From: an uncultured virus (IMG/VR IMGVR_UViG_3300047499_000023)
Lineage: Duplodnaviria > Heunggongvirae > Uroviricota > Caudoviricetes
IMG/VR virus record: IMGVR_UViG_3300047499_000023
Length of the DNA: 64,000 bases
Direction: 5' to 3' (one strand)
Positions 53,453 to 61,282 of this stretch are shown in pieces. The notes below the pieces were generated by a model that did not search any database, was not told the origin of the DNA, and saw nothing but the letters and a program-made list of their open reading frames with translations. How positions within the stretch are numbered: position 1 is the first letter of the stretch; each line of letters begins with the position of its first letter. Both the position numbers and the translations under genes were made by a program.

Positions 53453-53902
53453 ATGAAGAAACTGTTTGCTGCCTCCGCGGCGGCCTGCCTCGTCGCGCTC
53501 TCCGGATGCGCGGTCCTGTCGAAACTCACGACGCCGGCGGCCGCGCCGTTCGTCCAGGTGGCGGTCGATGCAGCCGTCGCCGGCGCCGTCGGCACGAACC
53601 CGGCGATCGCCAAGACCAAGGCCGTGAAGATCAAGGCGATCGCGCAGCAGGCGCTCGCGGCCGATTCCGGTACCACGGCGACCTTGGCGGCCGTCGAGGG
53701 CGTCGTCAACGCGCAGATCCTGAAGCTGAATCTCCCGCCGGCGGACGTGGCGGCCGCGCAGCTCCTGACGGCGACGCTGACGGTGGTCATCCAGAACCAG
53801 CTCTCGAGCCCGTCAGCCAGCGGCGTTACGGCGTCGACGCAAGTGGCGATCGCCCAGGTGCTGCAGGACGTGATCCTCGCCACGAGCGCCTACGGGGCAT
53901 AA
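53453..53902 (+). CDS. lipoprotein (lysis region)
   Basis: MKKLF...VALSG-C lipobox; Ala-rich helical body. Confidence 0.75.
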   Translation: MKKLFAASAAACLVALSGCAVLSKLTTPAAAPFVQVAVDAAVAGAVGTNPAIAKTKAVKIKAIAQQALAADSGTTATLAAVEGVVNAQILKLNLPPADVAAAQLLTATLTVVIQNQLSSPSASGVTASTQVAIAQVLQDVILATSAYGA

Positions 53903-54196
53903 ATGCGCCTCTGCGACCTATCGCCAAAATGGTACGTGCTGCATGAGGGCGGCCCGCGCGTGGGCTTCACGTTCCTCTGCCCTCATTGCCGCGCGCATCG
54001 GATGGGAATCGCCGTCCACGATCAGGGTCATCGCATCATCACCGAAGCCGAGGAGGACACCCATGCTCCGCGGGCCGGCTTCGTCTGGCAGATCACCGGC
54101 GGCACGGATTTCCACGATATCAGCGTGACGCCGAGCGTGGACGGTAGCAGTTTCGGGTGTTGGCACGGCTTCATCACGAACGGTGAATGCAAATGA
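53903..54196 (+). CDS. DUF6527-like Cys/His protein
   Basis: F.CPHC...W.......S+TPS+.....C.HGFI.NG. Confidence 0.65.
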   Translation: MRLCDLSPKWYVLHEGGPRVGFTFLCPHCRAHRMGIAVHDQGHRIITEAEEDTHAPRAGFVWQITGGTDFHDISVTPSVDGSSFGCWHGFITNGECK

Positions 54197-54597
54197 CCGA
54201 CGAGCCGCGCAAGAAAGCCGTTTACGTTGGAGCGCCGGCGATCTTCCGGCTCGAGCTCGCCTGTCAACATCTTGAAGAGGCATTTTGCGAGAAAGGATTG
54301 GGCGGGGTCTATCTGGTTGGGTCGGCTTTGCAGCGACCCGATTGGCGTGACGTTGATCTGCGACTGATCCTACCCGACGAGCAATTCGCCAAGCTGTTCC
54401 CTGACGCGGGTCAGTTTTGGGAATTCGATCCGCGATGGCTCGTGCTTACCTGCGCAATATCCGCATGGCTCAAAGAACAGAGCGGACTGCCGATCGACTT
54501 CCAATTCCAGCCGCAGACTCACGCCAACGAGCGTCACAAGGGCGGGCGCAATGCAATGGGAATGCGGATCTCCAAACCGAAAGGAGAGCACCCATGA
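54193..54597 (+). CDS. minimal nucleotidyltransferase (pol-beta fold)
   Basis: VYLVGSAL....WRDVDLR matches hGS-x-DhD; later PIDFQ third Asp. Confidence 0.75.
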   Translation: MTDEPRKKAVYVGAPAIFRLELACQHLEEAFCEKGLGGVYLVGSALQRPDWRDVDLRLILPDEQFAKLFPDAGQFWEFDPRWLVLTCAISAWLKEQSGLPIDFQFQPQTHANERHKGGRNAMGMRISKPKGEHP

Positions 54598-54818
54598 CAC
54601 TTGAACTTCTGATCCAACTCCTCCCGCTGATCGAAAACGGCATCACCGTCATCGGCGCCGTCATCAAGGATCTGCAGGCCTCCGGCCACGATCCGAAAGC
54701 CCCACTCCCCCTCGAGCACCAGGCGAAGATCACGGCGGCGCTCGCGCCGATCGCGCAGCCTCTCTTCGATGCGGGGAGTGGCGGCCTGGACGACCCCGAC
54801 GGGCCCGAGGGCGGCTGA
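54594..54818 (+). CDS. hypothetical protein
   Basis: AAGGAG RBS, coupled. Confidence 0.55.
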   Translation: MTLELLIQLLPLIENGITVIGAVIKDLQASGHDPKAPLPLEHQAKITAALAPIAQPLFDAGSGGLDDPDGPEGG

Positions 54819-54819
54819 G

Positions 54820-55305
54820 ATGTTCGCGACCAGCCTTTGCCTGACCGCGCTTACGCCCGATCTTTGGTCCATCGATCAGCCGCTCACCTGGATTGGCGAT
54901 GAAGGCCCGATCGTGGTGCCGAAGGGCTTCATAACGGACCTGGCTTCGATCCCGCGCGTCCTGCGGAATCTCCCGCTGCTCGACGTGGACGGCCTTTCGC
55001 GGCGGCCGGCGGCGCTCCACGACTGGCTCTACGCCGGGTATCGGCACAAGGGCAAGGCGTTCGCCGATCAGACGCTGCGCGCCGCGCTGATCGCCGAGGG
55101 CATGACCCACGCGGGCGCCTCGATCTATTACTACGGGGTGCATTGGTTCGGCGCCGGCGGCTGGAATTTCGATGCGATGCGCCACCCGTACGTGAATGTC
55201 AATCAGGCGAATCCGACGCCGTCGAACCTTGAGAGTTTCGATTTCGTCACCGAGGCGGACTGGCAAGCCTGGCTTGCGACAAGCCCCGAGCCCAACGAGC
55301 GATGA
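54820..55305 (+). CDS. DUF1353 protein
   Basis: VP.GF.TDLASIPR, AALHDWLY, AD..L, Y.GV..FG. Confidence 0.88.
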   Translation: MFATSLCLTALTPDLWSIDQPLTWIGDEGPIVVPKGFITDLASIPRVLRNLPLLDVDGLSRRPAALHDWLYAGYRHKGKAFADQTLRAALIAEGMTHAGASIYYYGVHWFGAGGWNFDAMRHPYVNVNQANPTPSNLESFDFVTEADWQAWLATSPEPNER

Positions 55306-55496
55306 GCCTCTTCGGCTGGCTGTTCCGCCGGCGCGCGAAACGACCCGACATCCCCCCGTATCAACCGCCGCCCGTGATCGTCCGCGAACAGGCGGCGCCG
55401 AAGGACGAGGGATTGATCGTTGAAGAACATGACACGTCGGCCATGACCCAGACGGGGGTCCATCGAGCGTGGCGGAAACTCACAGGAAGGGAATAG
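55302..55496 (+). CDS. small hypothetical protein
   Basis: Coupled ORF. Confidence 0.45.
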   Translation: MSLFGWLFRRRAKRPDIPPYQPPPVIVREQAAPKDEGLIVEEHDTSAMTQTGVHRAWRKLTGRE

Positions 55497-55499
55497 CCC

Positions 55500-56498
55500 A
55501 TGGCTAATTCAGAAGTCCCCATTACACCGGGGACTGGCTCAGAGATCGCGGTCTACACCGATACGGGCAGCGTCAACCATCAACGCGTCGTCATCGAGAC
55601 GCAGAGTGGCACGGCAGATCCGGTCTCGGTCGGCGCCAGCAACCCGCTCCCCGTCACCGGCACGGTCGGCGTCTCCGGCGTCGTCTCGGTTGCGGAGAAC
55701 GTGGAGGACGGCGAGGCGTTCACTCGAGGCGTTAACGCCGCGCTGCCCGTCATGGGCGTCGCCGAAACATCCAATCCCACGCTCACCGCCAACAAAGCGG
55801 CGACGCTGTCGATGGACCTTTCCGGGAATCTCCGCACGAAGGATGCGAACGGCGGCAACGCGGCGACCGGCGTCACCATACCCACCGGAGGCCTCGGTAT
55901 CCTGGGATGGCTTTCGGGGATCTACAACAGCCTTTTCGGCGGCATCCTGGGCGTGCACAACACGACGGCGCCCACGCTCACCAACGGCCAGGTGGGTCCC
56001 ATTCAGTTGGACGCCTCCGGCAACCTGATGACGAATCTGTCCGCCGGCGGCGCCGCGGCGGGCACGGCCGGCAACCCCTCGGCCGACGTGATGACCATTC
56101 AGGGTGGTCCTGGCATGACGCCGGTCCAGGTCTCGCAGCCGCTCACGACGACGGGCGGGGCGAGCTACTCAAATGAGATCGCGCCGGCGACGCCGGCGGC
56201 GGTGGCCGTCAAGACCTCGGCCGGCAACATCTACGGCGTGACCGCGATGAACCTCGGCACGACGCCGGTCTACATCAAATTCTGGGACACCACCACGGCG
56301 CCCACGTTGGGATCGACCGCGGCCAACTATCAATTCATGGTCCCGGGCAACACGGGCGGCGCCGGCGTCGTGATTCAGTTCAACTTCCCGCGCTCGCATG
56401 CGAATCGCATTTACTACGCGGTCACGGGCGCCATCTCGCTCACCGATGACACGTCGATCACCGGCAGCTCCGTCGTCGTGGACGTGGCCTACAACTAG
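55500..56498 (+). CDS. decoration/fibre-like protein, paralog of 60507-61034
   Basis: EVPITPGTG..IA...SNPLP N-terminus; VK..AG...N....Y.KF.D...APT.G.T C-domain. Confidence 0.75.
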   Translation: MANSEVPITPGTGSEIAVYTDTGSVNHQRVVIETQSGTADPVSVGASNPLPVTGTVGVSGVVSVAENVEDGEAFTRGVNAALPVMGVAETSNPTLTANKAATLSMDLSGNLRTKDANGGNAATGVTIPTGGLGILGWLSGIYNSLFGGILGVHNTTAPTLTNGQVGPIQLDASGNLMTNLSAGGAAAGTAGNPSADVMTIQGGPGMTPVQVSQPLTTTGGASYSNEIAPATPAAVAVKTSAGNIYGVTAMNLGTTPVYIKFWDTTTAPTLGSTAANYQFMVPGNTGGAGVVIQFNFPRSHANRIYYAVTGAISLTDDTSITGSSVVVDVAYN

Positions 56499-56501
56499 CC
56501 C

Positions 56502-57200
56502 ATGGCGTATGCACCGATCAACGTCGGGCCCGTCGCCTCGGCGTACAACGCTGCGCTCTCGATCACCATGCCGACGGGCTTTGCCGCGGGCAATCTTCTC
56601 CTGCTCCAGAGCCAAATTTACCAGGGGAGTGCCGCCACGCCCACGGTGAGCGGATGGACGCGCTTGTCACCCGGCGTCAATGCCAAGCAGATCGCCCTCT
56701 GGGGCAAGATCGCTGTGGGGTCGGATGCGGCGCCATCGATCAATTGGGGGAGCTCGGTCAACGTGTTCTCCTCTGCATGGGTCGCCGCCTATTCGGGCAA
56801 CCCGTCGACGCTCACCGGCATCGTTCATGCGAGCGCCGATGAGCTCAACAACAACAAGCAGGACATCGATTACCCGGCGCTTGCGATCACGCAACCGGAC
56901 TGCCTTGTCATCGCCGGCGGCGCGCGCGACAAGACCTCGGCGACCGATTCCGCGACCTTCGGCACGTTGGGCGACTTCGTCATCCGCCAGTCGAGTGTGT
57001 TGCCCGCCTCGAGCGGCAATCTCGCGGCGGTGATGAACGAGCTGATCCAAACAAGCCCGACGAGCCTCGCGGCCGTCTATCAGTCGATGTCCACCGAGGA
57101 TGCGACCACGCAGCAGTTCGAATCTTTCGTGATTGCGCTCTTGCCGGCCGTGACCGCCTCGAGCAGAACGCCGTCGCTCATGACCATGGGGGCGGGATGA
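56502..57200 (+). CDS. beta-rich decoration-like protein
   Basis: P.G..AG.LLL, P..SGWT, W.KIA.G.D; ends LMTMGAG. Confidence 0.7.
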   Translation: MAYAPINVGPVASAYNAALSITMPTGFAAGNLLLLQSQIYQGSAATPTVSGWTRLSPGVNAKQIALWGKIAVGSDAAPSINWGSSVNVFSSAWVAAYSGNPSTLTGIVHASADELNNNKQDIDYPALAITQPDCLVIAGGARDKTSATDSATFGTLGDFVIRQSSVLPASSGNLAAVMNELIQTSPTSLAAVYQSMSTEDATTQQFESFVIALLPAVTASSRTPSLMTMGAG

Positions 57201-57487
57201 CGCATCGATTCGGATTCCTGCGGCGGACGATCACCGCGCTCATCCTCGAGCAGAACGTCACGTTGCCCACGGCGACGCTCGGTCAGCCGTATTCGCAGAG
57301 CATCGCGTCCTACGTGACGGGCGGCCAACCGACGCTCACGTTCCGCGAGCTCATCGACGCGGGCAACGGCGGTTTCGCCATGAGCTCCGCGGGCCTCATT
57401 ACCGGATCGCCTGCCGTGCCGGCGCTGCTCACGGATCCCAACGGGGATTATTTCGTGGATCAATCAGGGGATGTCTACACCACATGA
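57197..57487 (+). CDS. single putative-Ig (He_PIG-like) domain protein
   Basis: LP.AT.GQPYS...GG...SSAGLITGSP. Confidence 0.7.
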   Translation: MTHRFGFLRRTITALILEQNVTLPTATLGQPYSQSIASYVTGGQPTLTFRELIDAGNGGFAMSSAGLITGSPAVPALLTDPNGDYFVDQSGDVYTT

Positions 57488-58659
57488 CCGTCAAGAGACT
57501 CGTTGTTTCAGGCGTGCAAACGAGCGCCTACATCCTCGCGAATTACCCGCCGGCGTCGAACGCGGGACTGCAGGCGAGCACGAGCGACATGGACCTGATG
57601 TCGTGCGACGGCATCCGATGGAACGTCATCGGCCGCCCGCCAATTCCGCCCGGCGCGGCAATGATCGGCGCCTGCAAGAATCTCTACACCTGTTTCCCGA
57701 CGGTGAATGACATCGGCAATTGGAACGGGAGTTCCAACGCAGCCGGCGCGTTCCGGCTCTACAACGGCTTCGCCCCTTATGGGTACGCGCCCGATTCGAC
57801 GGCCTATACGACCGCGTCCAACGGTCAATTGCAGTTGCTCTATCAGGGCAACGGCAGCACCGGAAATGGCCTTCTGACGTGCTGGCCTTACGCGACCGGC
57901 AAGGTTTACGCGAACTACGGCATGCTGCCTTCGCCGCAAGCGGGCCGCAGTTTCCACGCGCAATGCAACGTGACCATGAGCGGCAATCCGACCGACATGT
58001 TCAACGCGATGTTCCTGCTGCCGCAGGAGAAGAACAACGAACAGGACGACACCGACCCGGCGCAGGGCGTGTCGCAATACGAGAAGTGGGCCGAATTCGA
58101 TCTCAACGAGTCGGGACTCGGGACGAATCTTAGCGGCACGTATCGCGGCGCGTATTTGCAGTGGTCGGGCAAATACAATTGGGCGCTCACCATGGCGGCC
58201 GCCTACGCGTCGGGCACCACCAGCGTTTCGTTGTCGAGCCCATGGCAAGGCGAGACGGGCGCGTGGAACACGGTGTTCCAATCGGGTGATCAGCGCACGC
58301 TGAATCTGGTGAACGGATCGGCGGGACCGTATACCTGCACGGCGCTCTCGACGACCAACACCACGACCGCGGTCACTATCGGCTACACGCGCCTGCTCGC
58401 CGAATCGACCATCAGCACCACGGCGATCGACATGACGCAGGAGCACACGCTCGCTGCAACCTACGATGCGACGAACGAGCTCTACACGACCTGGGTCGAC
58501 AACTTGATGCTCGGGCAGGTGAGCACCTACAACGCGAATTCATCGAACACCTTCCGCGACGCGCTGCATTACAACTGGATCTTCCAGATGGCATCGCACG
58601 GCTCCCCGTACACGCCGACGACGATGAATCTCAAGTGCTTTGGTATGTGGGTGCCGTGA
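57484..58659 (+). CDS. GH16-like (ConA fold) glycoside hydrolase
   Basis: AMFLLP...EFDLNE matches ExDxxE; later H.+...YD and WVDN. Confidence 0.6.
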   Translation: MTVKRLVVSGVQTSAYILANYPPASNAGLQASTSDMDLMSCDGIRWNVIGRPPIPPGAAMIGACKNLYTCFPTVNDIGNWNGSSNAAGAFRLYNGFAPYGYAPDSTAYTTASNGQLQLLYQGNGSTGNGLLTCWPYATGKVYANYGMLPSPQAGRSFHAQCNVTMSGNPTDMFNAMFLLPQEKNNEQDDTDPAQGVSQYEKWAEFDLNESGLGTNLSGTYRGAYLQWSGKYNWALTMAAAYASGTTSVSLSSPWQGETGAWNTVFQSGDQRTLNLVNGSAGPYTCTALSTTNTTTAVTIGYTRLLAESTISTTAIDMTQEHTLAATYDATNELYTTWVDNLMLGQVSTYNANSSNTFRDALHYNWIFQMASHGSPYTPTTMNLKCFGMWVP

Positions 58660-60479
58660 GCGATCTGCTGACCGTCCAAGTCGAGGATGCGCGCGCATCG
58701 ATCGTTCACGGACAGTTTACGATCCCGATTTCGAATCCTTTGTCGATCTCGCCGGCGCCGCTCCCGAATGCCCAGGTGGGTGTCGCTTACTCGGCGCCGC
58801 TGACGTATCTCGGCGGCACCGCGCCCTATATCGAAACGATCATCGATCAGTCGGCCGGCAATACCTGGAGCATTTCCGGCGGCAATGTCGTCGGCACGCC
58901 GACCACGGCCGGCACGTTCTACATCAACGTCCTGATCGTCGATGCGAACGAGGTGCCGCAGAATCAGGTGCTCACGATCATCGTGGCGCCCGCCTCGAGC
59001 GGCGGCGGCGCGGCCGTGGTTCAAAAGTTCGTTCCCGGTTATTACGTGCAGACCTCCGGGCAGACCGGGCTCAACACGGCGGAACTGTCCGTTCTCGCGC
59101 CCTACATGCCCGGCACGATCAAGGGCTACGGCATCTCGTATCCGTGGAGCCTCTTTCACACGGGGCTCAACACCTTCAATTTTTCGAAATACGATTCCGA
59201 TTTTGCGGCGCTCCAGGCGTCGGCGCCGGGCGCGTACTTCGTGCCGATGATTCGCTGGTTCAAGATCACGGGCAGCATCAACGCCACGGACGTTTCGACC
59301 TATAACCCAAATGGCGATTGCGTCCCCGCTTTCATTCTGAGCAACCCAAGCACCTACGGATCGGGACCGCCGGGGAGCGAGTGGGGCGGTTGGAACGCCA
59401 ACGGCTATGGCGGGTCAGCGTTCGGCTACGACGAAGCCAACATGTGGACGCCGGCGATCTACCAGCAGTATCTCGCGTTCCACGCCGCATTCATGGCGCA
59501 TGTGCGTCCGGGTCAAAGTTATACGGTCGATGAAGATCCGCTCGTGCCGATCATCTTCGATTGGACGCCGACGGATCTCAATCTGCAGGGCAACCCTTCC
59601 GGCACTACGCCCTCGAGCTTCTCGGTCACGGCCTGGAAGAATGCGTGGCTCGCGCTGACGGATCCGATGACCGGCGTGGCGGCGCAATACGACTACACCC
59701 CGGTTGCGCAGATGCCGATGTTCGGCGGCAACGGCAACGGTGGATCCGAGTCGCCATCGGACCAGGGCCTGATCGTCACGAACATGTCGGAGGGCCCGAC
59801 TTCAGCGATGTCCTGCACGGACATCACCGGCCAGATTGTCGGCACGCCGAGCGATGCGTCCTACGGCCAGTGGGCCTTCATGGGCAATACCTACTCGGGA
59901 TCGACGCCGGTCACGGGTGGTGGCACCGATCGACGCAAGCAGATGCTCTCGGCGCCCACGATCCAAGGCGATGACATCAACGGGCCGAGCGGTCCCTACG
60001 AGCCGGGCAGCTATCCCTCGAGCACCACCGCGCAGCTCGTCACGCTCGCGACCGCGCTCGCCAACTTTGCGACGTCCTCTTCGGGGCTGAACGCGAGCAT
60101 TGTCATGATGCCGTACGCGACGGCGAAGTTTTTGAGCACCGATTTTTCGAACATCATTTTGCCGGCGATCGAAGCGGCGAACGCGGTCAATACACTGCTC
60201 CCGCTCAATTACATGAATGCGCCGGGCGGCCTTACGGTGACGGGCACGACCTCGAGCACGGTGTCGCTCTCCTGGACGCTGCAATCCCAGTACACCGGGA
60301 CCGGGCTCACTTACACGATCTATCGGAACGGCACCGCTGTCGGCACCGGGCTCACGAGCGGGACGTACACCGATACCGGGCTCGCGGCCTCGACGACCTA
60401 CGTCTACAAGGTCGCGGTCGCGAATTCAAATGGCACGGGCCCGCAGAGCGCGGGCGTGTCCGGAACTACCACATCCTGA
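58656..60479 (+). CDS. Ig + glycoside-hydrolase-like TIM barrel + FN3 protein
   Basis: LP.A.VG.AYS Ig; Y.WS.F..G...FNFS..D GH35/42-like start; C-terminal P.GL......V.LSW...Y.IYRNG...DTGL...TTY.Y.V.A FN3. Confidence 0.7.
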   Translation: MSDLLTVQVEDARASIVHGQFTIPISNPLSISPAPLPNAQVGVAYSAPLTYLGGTAPYIETIIDQSAGNTWSISGGNVVGTPTTAGTFYINVLIVDANEVPQNQVLTIIVAPASSGGGAAVVQKFVPGYYVQTSGQTGLNTAELSVLAPYMPGTIKGYGISYPWSLFHTGLNTFNFSKYDSDFAALQASAPGAYFVPMIRWFKITGSINATDVSTYNPNGDCVPAFILSNPSTYGSGPPGSEWGGWNANGYGGSAFGYDEANMWTPAIYQQYLAFHAAFMAHVRPGQSYTVDEDPLVPIIFDWTPTDLNLQGNPSGTTPSSFSVTAWKNAWLALTDPMTGVAAQYDYTPVAQMPMFGGNGNGGSESPSDQGLIVTNMSEGPTSAMSCTDITGQIVGTPSDASYGQWAFMGNTYSGSTPVTGGGTDRRKQMLSAPTIQGDDINGPSGPYEPGSYPSSTTAQLVTLATALANFATSSSGLNASIVMMPYATAKFLSTDFSNIILPAIEAANAVNTLLPLNYMNAPGGLTVTGTTSSTVSLSWTLQSQYTGTGLTYTIYRNGTAVGTGLTSGTYTDTGLAASTTYVYKVAVANSNGTGPQSAGVSGTTTS

Positions 60480-60506
60480 TTTTTACCCTGAGAGGAGATT
60501 GCGACC

Positions 60507-61034
60507 ATGGCCGGTGATACAGAAGTCCCCATTACGCCCGGAACAGGCGCCGATATTGCCGGCTATCTGGATACGGCTGGCAATGTGCATCAGAAATTCA
60601 TTCTTGAGATGCAGGGCCCGACCGATCCGCAGGACCCGGTCAAGATCAACTCATCCAATCCGCTGCCGATCACGTTGGTTCCTGGCTCCGTCGGTACGAC
60701 GCGATCGCGGATCAACTCCGCGGCGACCACCAACGCGACCAACGTCAAAGCCGCGGCTGGCGATCTCTTGGCCTTCGAGCTGTCCAACCAGTCGACCGGC
60801 TATCGATACGTCAAGTTCTACGATGCTGCGACGGCGCCCACGGTCGGCACGACCGCGGTGGCGTTCGTGATCACAATCCCGCCCGGCGGCATGGTGAGCC
60901 CGGACTATACGGCCGCCGGCGGCATTCCGTTCACCACCGGAATCTCGTATGCCATCACGGCCGGCACGGGGTTGGATGCCGACACGACGGCGGTCGCGGC
61001 TGCCGATGTGTCGGGATTCCTGCTCACCAAATGA
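60507..61034 (+). CDS. decoration-like protein, paralog of 55500-56498
   Basis: GAGGAG RBS; same N-motif and C-domain. Confidence 0.75.
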   Translation: MAGDTEVPITPGTGADIAGYLDTAGNVHQKFILEMQGPTDPQDPVKINSSNPLPITLVPGSVGTTRSRINSAATTNATNVKAAAGDLLAFELSNQSTGYRYVKFYDAATAPTVGTTAVAFVITIPPGGMVSPDYTAAGGIPFTTGISYAITAGTGLDADTTAVAAADVSGFLLTK

Positions 61035-61282
61035 GCAGCTCCTGTTTCTACGTTCTGCCGCTGCAGCCGCTATGGCCGGATCCGCTGCCGACGTTCCCCG
61101 AGAACGTCGCAGTCTCGTACCAGCTCACGGCGGTCGGCGGCGTATTGCCCTACACATTCGGCCAGAGTTCGGGCAGCCTCCCGACGGGCTTAAGCTTGAG
61201 TTCATCGGGCCTCATCACCGGAACGCCGACCGTCGCCGTCACCCTGTCTCCCGAAACCTTCACTGTCACGGATAGCTCATGA
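61031..61282 (+). CDS. single putative-Ig (He_PIG-like) domain protein
   Basis: YQLTA.GG..PYTF...GSLP.GLSLSSSGLITGTPT...FTVTDS. Confidence 0.75.
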   Translation: MSSSCFYVLPLQPLWPDPLPTFPENVAVSYQLTAVGGVLPYTFGQSSGSLPTGLSLSSSGLITGTPTVAVTLSPETFTVTDSS

